In this document: in pieces, positions 36,243 through 46,429 of the stretch
How positions within the stretch are numbered: the first letter of the stretch is position 1
Layout of the letters: the number at the start of each line of letters is the position of its first letter
Assembly: GCA_963667015.2 (NCBI GenBank)
Contig: CAXXJJ010000001.1
Location: forward strand, 672,001-736,000
DNA: 64,000 nt
Source: Desulfatiglandales bacterium
GTDB lineage: Bacteria > Desulfobacterota > DSM-4660 > Desulfatiglandales > HGW-15
Direction of reading: 5' to 3'
Program-made: the position numbers and the translations under genes
Notes under the pieces: generated by a model
What the model was told of the DNA's origin: nothing
Database searches by the model: none
The model's input: the letters and a program-made list of their open reading frames with translations, nothing else

Positions 36243-38318
36243 TCAGGAGCCAAGCTTTCCTTTGCCAGCCATAATGTCTGCGACCTTATTCATTCCCAGT
36301 CCTTCCAGTGTCTTTCTGGTAGGCCACCCCTTGTCTTCACTCCAGCCTTCCAGTTTGTAAAAATTGGTTTTGAACTGCTCCACACCTTTTCTGTCCAGAT
36401 AAAGATCGTTCTGACTTTCAAAGCTCCATTTACCGTTGGTGTAAACGGGTTTAGGACCGCTTATGGGGAATGTCGCACCCGGCATATGCATGAACGGAGC
36501 AAATTTTTCCTGATCACGATGCCTTCCGGCCATTACTCTTATTGCACGTTCCATATTCCAGATCTTTCTGCCCGTCTCCATTGTATCTGCAAAGGAGTGA
36601 TTTTTCCCTGTCACGGCCTTATAGTAGCGATATTCAAGTTCAGGGCTCGGGCCAGCGATATCGTCAGATCCGCTGTTCATGAATACCGGAAGAAGCATCT
36701 CGCAGATAGACATTGCTTCGTTATAAAATCCTGCAAACCGTCTTGCCCACGCGAGCATTTTTGCCTTGTATGGCGAATAAATACCGGTTTTATATGCATC
36801 GTCCCCCTTCCATGAATTGCTGAATATTATCGGTTCGCCATCAAATGGAACAACCTTTTTGGCCATCATCTCAACAAGCTCTTCAGCTGTATAGTTGGCA
36901 GGACCACCGAAACCTCCTCCTCCGCTGAGGCCGAAAAAACCATGCCACACCGGATCCCCCGACATGAAGATATAGCTGTATGCCCATTCAACACCCGGTA
37001 GCGCATGATGCCAGCTTGCTCCCCATGCAGGGAGTCTCAAGGTCCCTTCGTTAAGATCTTTTTCAAGCCTTCCCCATTTATGGGCGGCTTCCATGACACC
37101 ATCCGCAAGATCTGCGCCAATGCCCACTCTTCTTGTAATTGCATCGCAGAAGATCTCCCGGAATTTAAGAGTGTCCCATTGATCCATCGGCAGGGGATAG
37201 GACTCTATTTTTTTGCCGGGGCCAAGTTCACCGATTTCATAAAGGTATTTAATATACCATCCCATCCCGGGTTCCATGGGGACCATCCCCTTAAAGGCTG
37301 GTGGTGCGTCTTTAACGGGCATAGTTACAGCTCCGCCGAATTTTGTCGCCCATGTGCAGATTCCCCATCTAACTGCAATGTCTGCCCCCCGCATCCTGAT
37401 ATTTGGGTCTCCGCCACCTAGCTGGCCGGGAGTTTGTTTGCCCATGTACCAGTATTCATCTGCACACATGGATTCTCCGCCATAATAGGAGTTCCTTCTG
37501 CGGTCGTTATTTATACATGGCATACACGCGGATTTGCCGGGCTGTGCCATCGTAATCTTGGGGAAATTTCTTGTGTGCCAGAGCCTTGTATCCACCAGCC
37601 CGGCAGGGTCGGCAACTTCAATGCTTCCGGTACCTATTACACTTATTGCCTTTAGATTTTTTGAACCGAAGACACCGCCAAACCCGCCGGTCCTGGCGCT
37701 GACACCGCTTCCGTGAATCAGGGCTGCAACCTTTGTCATAGTTTCCCCTATGGGACCAATGCAGACAATCTGCGGCATCGCGGTTGTGTAATCTTTTTCT
37801 ATTTCCTTCCATTGCTGTCCGAAACGTACACGGCCTGAAACAGCAGAGTTTATTTCATCCTGAGTCTCGAAGGTATCAAGCCCCCATAAACGCGTGCCAT
37901 CCTCAATGGTGACCCTTTCATTCACTATGTTTATCCACACGGGCTTGTCTGATCGTCCCTGTACTGCAATTCCGTCCCATCCGGCGAGTTTGAGCATGGT
38001 TCCAAATCTGCCGCCGAAGCTCGTCCTGTGAAACAGCGGTGCGGGATATGTTTCGGGAGCAATACCGCTGACACTGGTTCTTCCTGCGCCCGGAACACCT
38101 GTGGCTGCCAGCGGTCCGGTCATAAGAGAGATGACATTGCGCGGATCAAATGCATCCTGCATATCCCAGTCTCCGGGAACAACGGCGAGGTCCCAGAATA
38201 TGGCTGCGCCCATTCCAACACCTCCTCCAAATTCTTCATACTTCACAGTATCGATAGTCCTGACTTCTTTGGTGGTCAGGTTAACAAATAAGATTTTACC
38301 AGCGTATCCGTTTGCCAT
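36243..38318 (-). CDS. Aldehyde:ferredoxin oxidoreductase family (W/Mo-bis-pterin; YdhV-like)
   Basis: GYAGKILFVNLT, MTGPL, FGGRFGTMLKLAGWDGI, CIGPIGE, GGVFGSKNLKAI, GWPTRKTLE.LG. Confidence 0.88.
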   Translation of the reverse strand: MANGYAGKILFVNLTTKEVRTIDTVKYEEFGGGVGMGAAIFWDLAVVPGDWDMQDAFDPRNVISLMTGPLAATGVPGAGRTSVSGIAPETYPAPLFHRTSFGGRFGTMLKLAGWDGIAVQGRSDKPVWINIVNERVTIEDGTRLWGLDTFETQDEINSAVSGRVRFGQQWKEIEKDYTTAMPQIVCIGPIGETMTKVAALIHGSGVSARTGGFGGVFGSKNLKAISVIGTGSIEVADPAGLVDTRLWHTRNFPKITMAQPGKSACMPCINNDRRRNSYYGGESMCADEYWYMGKQTPGQLGGGDPNIRMRGADIAVRWGICTWATKFGGAVTMPVKDAPPAFKGMVPMEPGMGWYIKYLYEIGELGPGKKIESYPLPMDQWDTLKFREIFCDAITRRVGIGADLADGVMEAAHKWGRLEKDLNEGTLRLPAWGASWHHALPGVEWAYSYIFMSGDPVWHGFFGLSGGGGFGGPANYTAEELVEMMAKKVVPFDGEPIIFSNSWKGDDAYKTGIYSPYKAKMLAWARRFAGFYNEAMSICEMLLPVFMNSGSDDIAGPSPELEYRYYKAVTGKNHSFADTMETGRKIWNMERAIRVMAGRHRDQEKFAPFMHMPGATFPISGPKPVYTNGKWSFESQNDLYLDRKGVEQFKTNFYKLEGWSEDKGWPTRKTLEGLGMNKVADIMAGKGKLGS

Positions 38319-38320
38319 TT

Positions 38321-39085
38321 TTATGCTCCTCCCTTATTCTTATTCGATTCGGGCGCTGCCTTGGGCATGCCCATTCCCGGGAAACCCGTTTTGGGGGGCG
38401 GTGGTGCGAGATCCACATCATATCCGTCAATATCCCTCTGCGGCGGTGTCTTTGTAACAAGCTTAAGGGCCTTTACCGGACATGTTTCAACGCATGCCTG
38501 CTTACCATCGGGGCCGCCTTTTTCATTCCAGTATGGGGCGCTTTCGCACAGGTCGCATTTTGCCGATTTCTTTTTTACAGAATTCCAGATTGTCCTGTGG
38601 GGTTTCTGCGGACAGGCCTGGATACATCTTTTACACCCGATGCATTTGTTCTGATCGATACGCCGTATGTTTCCATTTGCCTCGTCAATATGACATGCAC
38701 CTGTCGGGCATGCCTCAACGCAAAGAGGTGTGACGCACTGCCTGCATACCGACATGACAATATCGTAGGGATACTTTGTAAAGGAAGGCGCATCACGTAT
38801 GATTTGAATCCTGGAGAGAGATGGGTTCGCAATACCTTCATGGGTAAGGGAGCAGGCGAACATACAACTCTGACAGCCAAGGCAAAGCCTGCTGTCATAA
38901 ACCAGGTATGCGCTGGATTTAGGGTGAGAGACTTTTTGGGGTTCCGGTGCGGGAACTTCGACATTTTTTGCGCAGCCGGGGGTTACAGCCAGCGCCCCTG
39001 CAGCCAGTGCTGCACTGCTGCCGACCAGAAACTGGCGTCTATCCATTTTCTTTTTCTTTTCTTCGGGTTTTTCAGATTCAGCCAT
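38321..39085 (-). CDS. Tat-signal 4Fe-4S dicluster protein (DmsB/YdhY-like), AOR partner
   Basis: MDRRQFLVG twin-arginine signal; four Cys clusters CLGCQSCMFAC, CRQC..PLCVEACP, CIGCKRCIQACP, KCDLC...CVETCP. Confidence 0.9.
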   Translation of the reverse strand: MAESEKPEEKKKKMDRRQFLVGSSAALAAGALAVTPGCAKNVEVPAPEPQKVSHPKSSAYLVYDSRLCLGCQSCMFACSLTHEGIANPSLSRIQIIRDAPSFTKYPYDIVMSVCRQCVTPLCVEACPTGACHIDEANGNIRRIDQNKCIGCKRCIQACPQKPHRTIWNSVKKKSAKCDLCESAPYWNEKGGPDGKQACVETCPVKALKLVTKTPPQRDIDGYDVDLAPPPPKTGFPGMGMPKAAPESNKNKGGA

Positions 39086-39283
39086 AAAGCATTCTCCTTG
39101 TGGTAAATTTTTATCTCATTTACATAATATAAACAAACTACCTCATCATAAGGAGTGACGGATCAACTGAGGAGTAAATCTTTTAAATCGTCACAGACGA
39201 CGAGGAATTAAACCTTATGTCAGATATGATATAGTTCCTTACACTTTTATAGAATAAAATATCAGTGTCAATAAAAAAATAAT

Positions 39284-39570
39284 ATGCCGGTCATTGCGCA
39301 GGATGAGGAGTTCACACTTGAAGAGATCACGGTAACAGCGGAGAAGAGGGAAGCCGAGTTACAAAAGATTCCGATGTCCATCGATGTTGTAAGAGAACAG
39401 GAAATGCGAATTTATAATGTAAACCAGATAAACGATATCCAGAAGATTATGCCGGATGTCACTGTTAACACCCAAATCGGGTCATTTCAACAGATCAGTA
39501 TCCGCGAAGTTCAAATGATACAGTTTAACCCGATTTTTGAAACAACAGTCGCAACCCACCTTGCCTCTAT
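39284..39570 (+). pseudogene. TonB-dependent receptor N-terminal (TonB box/plug) remnant
   Basis: AQDEEFTLEEITVTAEKREAELQKIPMSI...; no signal peptide or barrel, and the frame runs into the 3' end of the convergent MCP. Confidence 0.75.
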
Positions 39571-39578
39571 GCATGTCT

Positions 39579-41276
39579 CTAGAGTAAATAAAGATCGTTT
39601 AATGCCTCAAACATTTTTGCCCTTGCATTTTCAAACTCGACCATAAGCAGTTCTACCTGCTCGTTTTCTCCTTTATTTACAACATCAACCAGTTCCTGAG
39701 CAATTGCATGTACTTTTTCATGGTGACGGCCTACATCCTTAAAAAGAGAGATGTCCTTCAGTTTTTGTCCATCCGGCCCATCATACCACTTCCCGAAATC
39801 GCAGGCATGATGATTGGTAACCTCTTCGGGTTCCAATGAAGGATTTCCATGAAGAAGGGCCTCAAACCTTGACCTCCACTTGAGGTGTGTGCCTTTTACT
39901 GAGCCTATATCAAAGGGTGAGGCGGGAAGTTTAACCTGTTCCAGGATACCGGAAAGGCGTTTTACTATCCTCTGTAAATCCTGTGAGCTTATGTCTACCT
40001 GTGAACTGGAGGCCTTCATCTCATCGGAGGATTGATGAACGCCGGAAATCTCTGATGAGATATCTGTAGCGACTATATAACTTTGTGATACATTATCATC
40101 CACATTTTGGATACCTTCAGAGGCCTGTGCAATATTCCGTGCGATCTCCTGGGTAGATACGGTCTGCTCTTCAACGGCATTGGCAATAGCGGTTACAATC
40201 TCGCTGACCTCGTTATTGATTTTTGAAATATCCTTTATCCTGCCTATTGTTTCTTTTGTTGACGCCTGGATACCGCCTATCTTTTGTTTGATTTCCTTTG
40301 TTGCCTGGGCTGTCTGTTTTGCAAGTTCTTTTATTTCATTTGCAACAACTGCAAAACCTTTACCTGCCTCACCTGCCCTTGCCGCCTCAATAGTGGCATT
40401 AAGGGCCAGAAGGTTGGTCTGTTCCGAGATATCATTAATAACCTCGGTAACCTTATTAATGTCCTCTGCTGCCTGCCCTAAACGATCAACCTTCTCCGAT
40501 GTGTCCTGAGTCTGGGCAAGGGCATTGTCAGTTATAACACGTGCCTTTTCGGTATTTTGTGCAATTTCGCTTATGGTAGCACTCATTTCCTCTGCTGCGG
40601 CAGCAACCATATTTACATTGGCTGCTGTCTGCTCACTCTCAGTTGTTACCATACTCATATTGTAGCTCATTAATTCCCCGGCTGCTGCAACCGTATCGGC
40701 GCGTATTGAGGATGTCTCTGCTCCCAGCTTCATATGCTCTGAAATTGAACTCAGGTTTGATGATGAGGCGCTTAATGTATATGATCCGTTTTTTATTTCC
40801 CTTAACATCTTTCCAAGGTTGGTCACCATGTTATTCAATGCAATGGAAAGAAGGCCAACCTCATCCTTCTGAGTTATGGCCAGTTTATTCATAAAATCCC
40901 CCCTGGCTATCTGTTCGGCAAAGGCGGTTGCCTTTTCGATAGGCCTGGAGATGGTTGAAGCAGTGAATAATGCAAGTAAAATACCTGCTGTAATTGCAAT
41001 TAAAGATATTATCGCTATGGTACGGCGGATTTTTTGAACATTTTTTACCATTTCTTCATCTGAAGTCTTGTTCCTATCTGATTCCCTGTGAAGGGATTCA
41101 TTCTCCTTTTGAGCAAACAATGAATCTGTTTGATGGTTCCGGATGATTTCCCTGGCCTGGTTTTCGATGGTTCCGACACCGTTATAGGAAAGAATTGATA
41201 CAGCTGAGAGTAATAAAAGAATGAGGCTGAATCCCAAAAAGAGTTTGGCGCGTACTTTAATATTTTTCCAGAACAA
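39579..41276 (-). CDS. Methyl-accepting chemotaxis protein with HAMP and C-terminal CZB domain
   Basis: Two TM helices, [61 protein letters not shown]. Confidence 0.93.
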   Translation of the reverse strand: MFWKNIKVRAKLFLGFSLILLLLSAVSILSYNGVGTIENQAREIIRNHQTDSLFAQKENESLHRESDRNKTSDEEMVKNVQKIRRTIAIISLIAITAGILLALFTASTISRPIEKATAFAEQIARGDFMNKLAITQKDEVGLLSIALNNMVTNLGKMLREIKNGSYTLSASSSNLSSISEHMKLGAETSSIRADTVAAAGELMSYNMSMVTTESEQTAANVNMVAAAAEEMSATISEIAQNTEKARVITDNALAQTQDTSEKVDRLGQAAEDINKVTEVINDISEQTNLLALNATIEAARAGEAGKGFAVVANEIKELAKQTAQATKEIKQKIGGIQASTKETIGRIKDISKINNEVSEIVTAIANAVEEQTVSTQEIARNIAQASEGIQNVDDNVSQSYIVATDISSEISGVHQSSDEMKASSSQVDISSQDLQRIVKRLSGILEQVKLPASPFDIGSVKGTHLKWRSRFEALLHGNPSLEPEEVTNHHACDFGKWYDGPDGQKLKDISLFKDVGRHHEKVHAIAQELVDVVNKGENEQVELLMVEFENARAKMFEALNDLYLL

Positions 41277-41390
41277 TTTCTCCCCCCTCCCAAGGGTCGA
41301 TCACGTGAATTTATGATTTTCGAAATATTTATCAAGAATTAATGCGCTGGCATTAGCATAAATAGTGAACGCTCTAGCTGAACATAAGTA

Positions 41391-41406
41391 TTCAATAATT
41401 ATGCCA
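41391..41406 (-). promoter_or_regulatory. Possible sigma54 (-24/-12) promoter for the MCP
   Basis: Minus strand TGGCAT-AATTA-TTGAA; near-palindrome TGTCAA-N4-TTGGCA about 110 bp further upstream (41508-41523). Confidence 0.35.
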
Positions 41407-41737
41407 GAAAGAGCAGCGATATCAAAAATATGGATTATTCCTATTGACTGCTCTGCATATATTTCACGGTCTTAATTAATATTCTGATACTCCTGCCTGT
41501 AACTTGATGTCAAAATATTGGCATTTTGATGGCTGGCCAACTTAGATCTTTATTGATATATGCATTTTCTGAATTTCTATTTTTATCGTCAACAGGTGAA
41601 TATATCTGGTGATAAACAGGTTGGATAATACATAAAAAAGAAGAGTTATACGGAGTTAAACGGAAAGAAATCAGTTGATGCAGGGGGCTTCAGGGAGTAG
41701 CGAAAAACCGAAACAATACATATCTGATAATTTAAAA

Positions 41738-42424
41738 CTATAATTTTCTGATTCCTTCAGCCAGCTCTTTAACCACATCCCGATCAAGTATTCGAATTTT
41801 CCTCCCGTCGGATTCAATGATTCTCTGTTCTGTCATCCTGGTAAGAATTCGGGACAGTGTTTCGGGGATTGTTCCCAGCAGGCTTGCAAGCTGACCTTTG
41901 GTTATATTAAGCTCAAGGTCGTGTGAATTCTGCTTTTGTTCGCTTAGATACAGGAGATGTCTGGCAAGACGCCCAGGAACTTCCCTGAGAGACAGGTCAT
42001 CAATCATTGAAGTAAAGCTGCGCAGTCTCATGGAAAGGACGGCAAGCATATTAAGGGCAATGGAAGGATTTTTTTCTATAAGCCAGATCAGTGAGTCCCT
42101 CGGGAAAAACAGTGTCCGGCCCTGTTCCAGGGCATCTGCACTGGCAGGATATTTTTTACCGGCAAATACCGGGACCTCACCGAATACCTCTCCCGGTCCG
42201 AAGATATGAAGTATCTGTTCTCTTCCCTCAGATGACAGTTTAAAAACCTTTACTCTTCCGGCAATGACAACATAAAAACCTGTTGCCTGTTCATCTTCCG
42301 AGAAGATGTTTTCACCCTTTATGAAAGAGTTTTCAATGGCAATCATTGCCAGGGCTTCGATCTGGTCGGAGGGCAAGCCGTTAAACAGTGATATTGCGGC
42401 TATCTGGTCGGTTAATGTGGTCAT
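41738..42424 (-). CDS. Crp/Fnr family transcriptional regulator
   Basis: GRVKVFKLSSEGREQIL, FGEV, LASLLGTIPETLSRIL HTH. Confidence 0.93.
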   Translation of the reverse strand: MTTLTDQIAAISLFNGLPSDQIEALAMIAIENSFIKGENIFSEDEQATGFYVVIAGRVKVFKLSSEGREQILHIFGPGEVFGEVPVFAGKKYPASADALEQGRTLFFPRDSLIWLIEKNPSIALNMLAVLSMRLRSFTSMIDDLSLREVPGRLARHLLYLSEQKQNSHDLELNITKGQLASLLGTIPETLSRILTRMTEQRIIESDGRKIRILDRDVVKELAEGIRKL

Positions 42425-42427
42425 TTT

Positions 42428-43030
42428 TTACCCATTCACCAGTCTTACCAGTACATTATCAGGGTAATAATCCAGAATATTAAGACATCCATAGTCCTGT
42501 TGAATATTAAAAAGCTTGTTTATATCCATTTCAAGGGCATCACAGAGGATGGTCCGGTTTACCCCTCCATGTGCAACAATAAGGATCTTTTTCCCGGTAT
42601 GTTTTTTGATAATGCCTTTAAGGCATTTAAGAATCCTTTTGGATACATCCTCCATATTTTCACCGTTCCCCGGAGGTCTGTACCCTGCGATGTCGGCAAA
42701 TCGCTTATCCAGTTCGCCCGGATAGACCTTTTCTATTTCTTCAAGAGACATGCCTTCCCAGTCTCCAAAAAATATCTCCTTCATATCAGGTTCGGATATA
42801 ATGGGGATGTTATGGTATTGGCCAATAATCCTGGCGCCTTTTTCGGTTCTCATTAATCCTGTGGCATAAATAGCATTCAATTCCACCAGGCGTAACCTTT
42901 CGGCCAGGGTATTCATCTGGATGACACCTGTTTCGGTGATATCAACATCAGTATGTCCGTTGGCCACTAATTTATCAAAGCCGACTACCTGCCCGTGTCT
43001 TGCCAGATATAATCTTGTATGTTTTTCCAT
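42428..43030 (-). CDS. Histidine phosphatase family (CobC/alpha-ribazole phosphatase-like)
   Basis: LARHGQ, EIFFGDWEG, GE, VAHGGVNR. Confidence 0.88.
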   Translation of the reverse strand: MEKHTRLYLARHGQVVGFDKLVANGHTDVDITETGVIQMNTLAERLRLVELNAIYATGLMRTEKGARIIGQYHNIPIISEPDMKEIFFGDWEGMSLEEIEKVYPGELDKRFADIAGYRPPGNGENMEDVSKRILKCLKGIIKKHTGKKILIVAHGGVNRTILCDALEMDINKLFNIQQDYGCLNILDYYPDNVLVRLVNG

Positions 43031-43038
43031 AGCTTTAA

Positions 43039-43067
43039 ATACTATTGATAAGTCTAGTATAAGTCAA
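43039..43067 (-). promoter_or_regulatory. Sigma70 promoter, probably leaderless transcript
   Basis: Minus strand TTGACT-N17-TAGTAT ends 8 nt before the ATG at 43030; no SD. Confidence 0.55.
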
Positions 43068-43126
43068 TGAATTTACTCTTTAAATATTACGGCTAATAAT
43101 GTATAAGACTGGCTGGTTATAAAGCT

Positions 43127-43393
43127 ATGGAAAAGAAAAAATGTTACGGAGTCCTGGATGTGGTTTTTCCCTTTGGAAAAGAAGGGCTGAGAGAGGTGCC
43201 TCCGGATTGTTTCAAATGCCCGGACAGGCTGCCATGCCTTAAGACCGCTATAAACACAAAGGAAGGCTGTGAGATGAGAAGTGACAATCTGAGGAAGATT
43301 CCCGCCAGGGGGCTTATGGATAGAGTAAAAAGATGGTCACAGAAAAAAGAATTAAGCCGCCTTGCAGGTGAAAAAAGAAAAAATGATAATTAA
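43127..43393 (+). CDS. Small Cys-containing hypothetical protein
   Basis: CYG.LD.VFP...CFKCPDRLPCLK; overlaps the start of the next gene. Confidence 0.65.
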   Translation: MEKKKCYGVLDVVFPFGKEGLREVPPDCFKCPDRLPCLKTAINTKEGCEMRSDNLRKIPARGLMDRVKRWSQKKELSRLAGEKRKNDN

Positions 43394-44204
43394 TATTACA
43401 TGTCCGAACTGTGATTTTTCCAAGAAGGTTCCCAGTGAGAAAATCCCGGAAGGGATAAAGCTCGTAAAATGTCCCCGTTGCAGCAATACTTTTGAATTGC
43501 CACCAATGGGTGCCTCTGATACTGAATCTCAGCAGGATTTAAACAGCGAAATTACTGACCGGGAGAGGATACATAGAAGCGCGATCAGTGCGGATGAAGG
43601 GCCGGATTTTTTTACAGTCTTATGGCAGGCATTCAAAGGCGTTTTGTTTTCTCCTGCCGAATTTTTCGCTGAAAAGAGGCGCGAACCGGGTATTGGGCAA
43701 TCCTTTGCATTTGGTCTGCTGCTGGGATCTCTAGGCGCAATGTTCGACATTTTTTGGGCATCTATTTTAGGGTCACCTGTAATTAACTTCATACTCAAGA
43801 TGTTTCCTGAATTCCCTAATCTTAATTATCTTTCTGATAATCATTTTTCCAGTATGGATCTGATTTTTATTGTTTTTTATGTTCTTATATTCATGTTTAT
43901 TGCATCAGCAGTTCTTCACGCCTGTCTTTTTATTATTGGCGGAGCAAAAAGTGGATTTTCCGGAACTTTTAAGGTCTTTGCATACTCAAATGCTACTTCA
44001 ATATTCAGCCTGATACCTTTTGTCGGTGGATTTATTGGTTGGATCTGGGGCCTTGTGATTATGGTAATAGGCCTAAGTGAAATTCATGAAACTTCTACTG
44101 TAAGGGCTGTTTTCGCCCTGCTCATACCTGTTTTTTTATTAATTATTCTCGGGATTATTCTTGGATTTATAGCCTTTTTTATTTTTTCATCCCAAATCAT
44201 TTAA
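43383..44204 (+). CDS. Zinc-ribbon + YIP1 family membrane protein
   Basis: CPNC...CPRC ribbon, then multi-TM Yip1-like region (TFKVFAYS, IPFVG). Confidence 0.8.
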   Translation: MIINITCPNCDFSKKVPSEKIPEGIKLVKCPRCSNTFELPPMGASDTESQQDLNSEITDRERIHRSAISADEGPDFFTVLWQAFKGVLFSPAEFFAEKRREPGIGQSFAFGLLLGSLGAMFDIFWASILGSPVINFILKMFPEFPNLNYLSDNHFSSMDLIFIVFYVLIFMFIASAVLHACLFIIGGAKSGFSGTFKVFAYSNATSIFSLIPFVGGFIGWIWGLVIMVIGLSEIHETSTVRAVFALLIPVFLLIILGIILGFIAFFIFSSQII

Positions 44205-44211
44205 AACGCAG

Positions 44212-46425
44212 GTGTTATCCTGCAGCTGGAAGGTCAATAGTCTTTTGGAAAACAGTATCAATTATAATGAAGTTTTAAACCCTTCACAGCTTGAAGCGGT
44301 TATGACCCTGAACGGACCTGTTCAGGTAATAGCCGGCGCCGGAAGCGGTAAGACCCGGACGCTGGTCTACAGGGTCGCAAGGCTTGTTGAATCGGGCATC
44401 CCTCCGGAGAACATTCTGCTATTGACATTTACCCGCAAGGCCTCAGGGGAGATGCTTGAAAGGGCCGCAGGCCTGATGGATGAAAGGTGTCATAATGTTG
44501 CAGGAGGAACCTTTCACTCCCTGGCCCACCGGGTGCTGCGCAGGAATGCGCACCTTCTGGGATTTGAAGCGACCTTTACTATACTTGACCGACAGGATAT
44601 GGAAGAGATTGTAAAGGCACTGGTCAAGGAGGTGAATCCGGACAACAATGTAACAAGGTTTCCCAAGAAAGGAACAATCACCTCGATCATCAGCAAGGCA
44701 GCCAACCTGGAAAGGCCGATCGACTGGCTCATGACAGATGAATACAGCCAGTTCCTTGAACATGCGGCCAAAATTACAAAGATCTCTGAACTCTATAGAA
44801 CGTATAAAAAGAATAACCAGTTGATGGACTATGATGACCTGCTCATCCTGTTCAGGCAGCTCCTTGCTGACAATGAATCCATAAGGGATGACCTGAGCAG
44901 AAGGTATGGCTACATCATGGTCGATGAGTATCAGGACACAAACGGCATACAGGCTGATATTGTAAAATGGCTCGCCTCAAGTCACCATAATGTTATGGTT
45001 GTTGGCGATGACTCCCAGTCCATATATTCCTTCAGGGGCGCCAACTACAGGAATATGTTCGAGTTCCAGGATATTTTTCCGGAAGTAAAGACCATCAAAC
45101 TGGAGCAGAATTACAGGTCAACACAGCCGATCCTGAAACTTACAAATGCCATAATGGATTATGCCACTGAAAAGTTCACTAAGTGCCTGTTTACCAAACG
45201 CGAGGGAGGCGAAAAACCAAAGGTAGTTGATGTAAAGTCTGATCCTGAACAGGCCATGTTTATATCCTCCTCCATAAAGAATTACCTGGAGCAGGGATAT
45301 ACCTATAAGGATATGGCCATACTTTTCAGAGCGGCTCACCATTCCTTTGAGCTTGAGCTCGAGCTTGTGAGGCAGGATGTTCCATTTGTAAAATACGGCG
45401 GGTTCAAATTTCTTGAGTCTTCACACATTAAAGATCTGCTTTCCCATTTGAGGGTAATTGCAAATAAAAATGATACAATAAGCTGGGGAAGAATTTTAAG
45501 GCTTGTGAAAAATATCGGCCAAAAGAAGAGCCAGTCAATAATAAAGTGGCTCAGGGATCAGCCTGATGACTCCTTTGACCTTGGGAAGTGGCCGGGTCTT
45601 GGTAAACGATATGAAGGATTAAAAGACCTGGCAGAGCTCCTTAAAAAACTGTCTGTGCCGGATATCAAGCCTGCAAAGGCCGTTGAACTTGCCTACAAAT
45701 ATTATGAGCCAATCCTCAAGGAGAATTTTGATAATTACCCTAAACGGCAGAAGGACCTTGATCAGTTGATACCCATGGCCGAACGCTTTAAAAGCCTGGG
45801 ACCTTTTCTTGATGAACTGGTGTTAGATCCGCCTTCAAGTACGATTGATATTGAACCTGAATCAGATGATAATTTTGTTACATTATCCACTGTGCACTCT
45901 TCCAAAGGACTTGAGTGGCCGATTGTTTTTATCATCTGGGTAATGGAGGGATATTTCCCTTCCGCAAGGGCACACTCAAGTGCGGAATCCATTGAAGAAG
46001 AACGCCGTTTAATGTATGTTGCCACAACCAGGGCAAAGGACAGGCTGATAATGTGTTACCCCGGCATGGAGTCTCTTCCGTCATGGCAGCTCGCGGATAT
46101 GGGTTTTAGAACTGGTCTGTCCTCCTTTATAAAAGATGTACCTGAAGATATTGTTGAGCATAAGTCTAACGGGAATACATGGCCCTTTGCAAAACAATCA
46201 TGGCCTTCAAAGCCCCGGAAGATATATAAAAGGCCGGGTGCCGTTGAAATGCCTTCTGCAAAAAGCAGTTCGGGAGATCTCCGAACAGGTGATCGGGTCA
46301 TGCATCCGGCCTTTGGAAAAGGTGTTGTCTCAAAGTTTGTTGACGGCAACAAGGTTGAGGTGCTTTTCAGCAGTGTGGGAAGAAAACTTCTGCACCTGGA
46401 ACATACGACGCTAACAAGGATTTAA
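44212..46425 (+). CDS. UvrD/PcrA/Rep family ATP-dependent DNA helicase
   Basis: AGAGSGKT, LTFTRKA, VDEYQDTN, VGDDSQSIYSFRGA, LEQNYRST, HSSKGLEW, EEERRLMYVATTRA; start uncertain. Confidence 0.93.
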   Translation: MLSCSWKVNSLLENSINYNEVLNPSQLEAVMTLNGPVQVIAGAGSGKTRTLVYRVARLVESGIPPENILLLTFTRKASGEMLERAAGLMDERCHNVAGGTFHSLAHRVLRRNAHLLGFEATFTILDRQDMEEIVKALVKEVNPDNNVTRFPKKGTITSIISKAANLERPIDWLMTDEYSQFLEHAAKITKISELYRTYKKNNQLMDYDDLLILFRQLLADNESIRDDLSRRYGYIMVDEYQDTNGIQADIVKWLASSHHNVMVVGDDSQSIYSFRGANYRNMFEFQDIFPEVKTIKLEQNYRSTQPILKLTNAIMDYATEKFTKCLFTKREGGEKPKVVDVKSDPEQAMFISSSIKNYLEQGYTYKDMAILFRAAHHSFELELELVRQDVPFVKYGGFKFLESSHIKDLLSHLRVIANKNDTISWGRILRLVKNIGQKKSQSIIKWLRDQPDDSFDLGKWPGLGKRYEGLKDLAELLKKLSVPDIKPAKAVELAYKYYEPILKENFDNYPKRQKDLDQLIPMAERFKSLGPFLDELVLDPPSSTIDIEPESDDNFVTLSTVHSSKGLEWPIVFIIWVMEGYFPSARAHSSAESIEEERRLMYVATTRAKDRLIMCYPGMESLPSWQLADMGFRTGLSSFIKDVPEDIVEHKSNGNTWPFAKQSWPSKPRKIYKRPGAVEMPSAKSSSGDLRTGDRVMHPAFGKGVVSKFVDGNKVEVLFSSVGRKLLHLEHTTLTRI

Positions 46426-46429
46426 AAAT

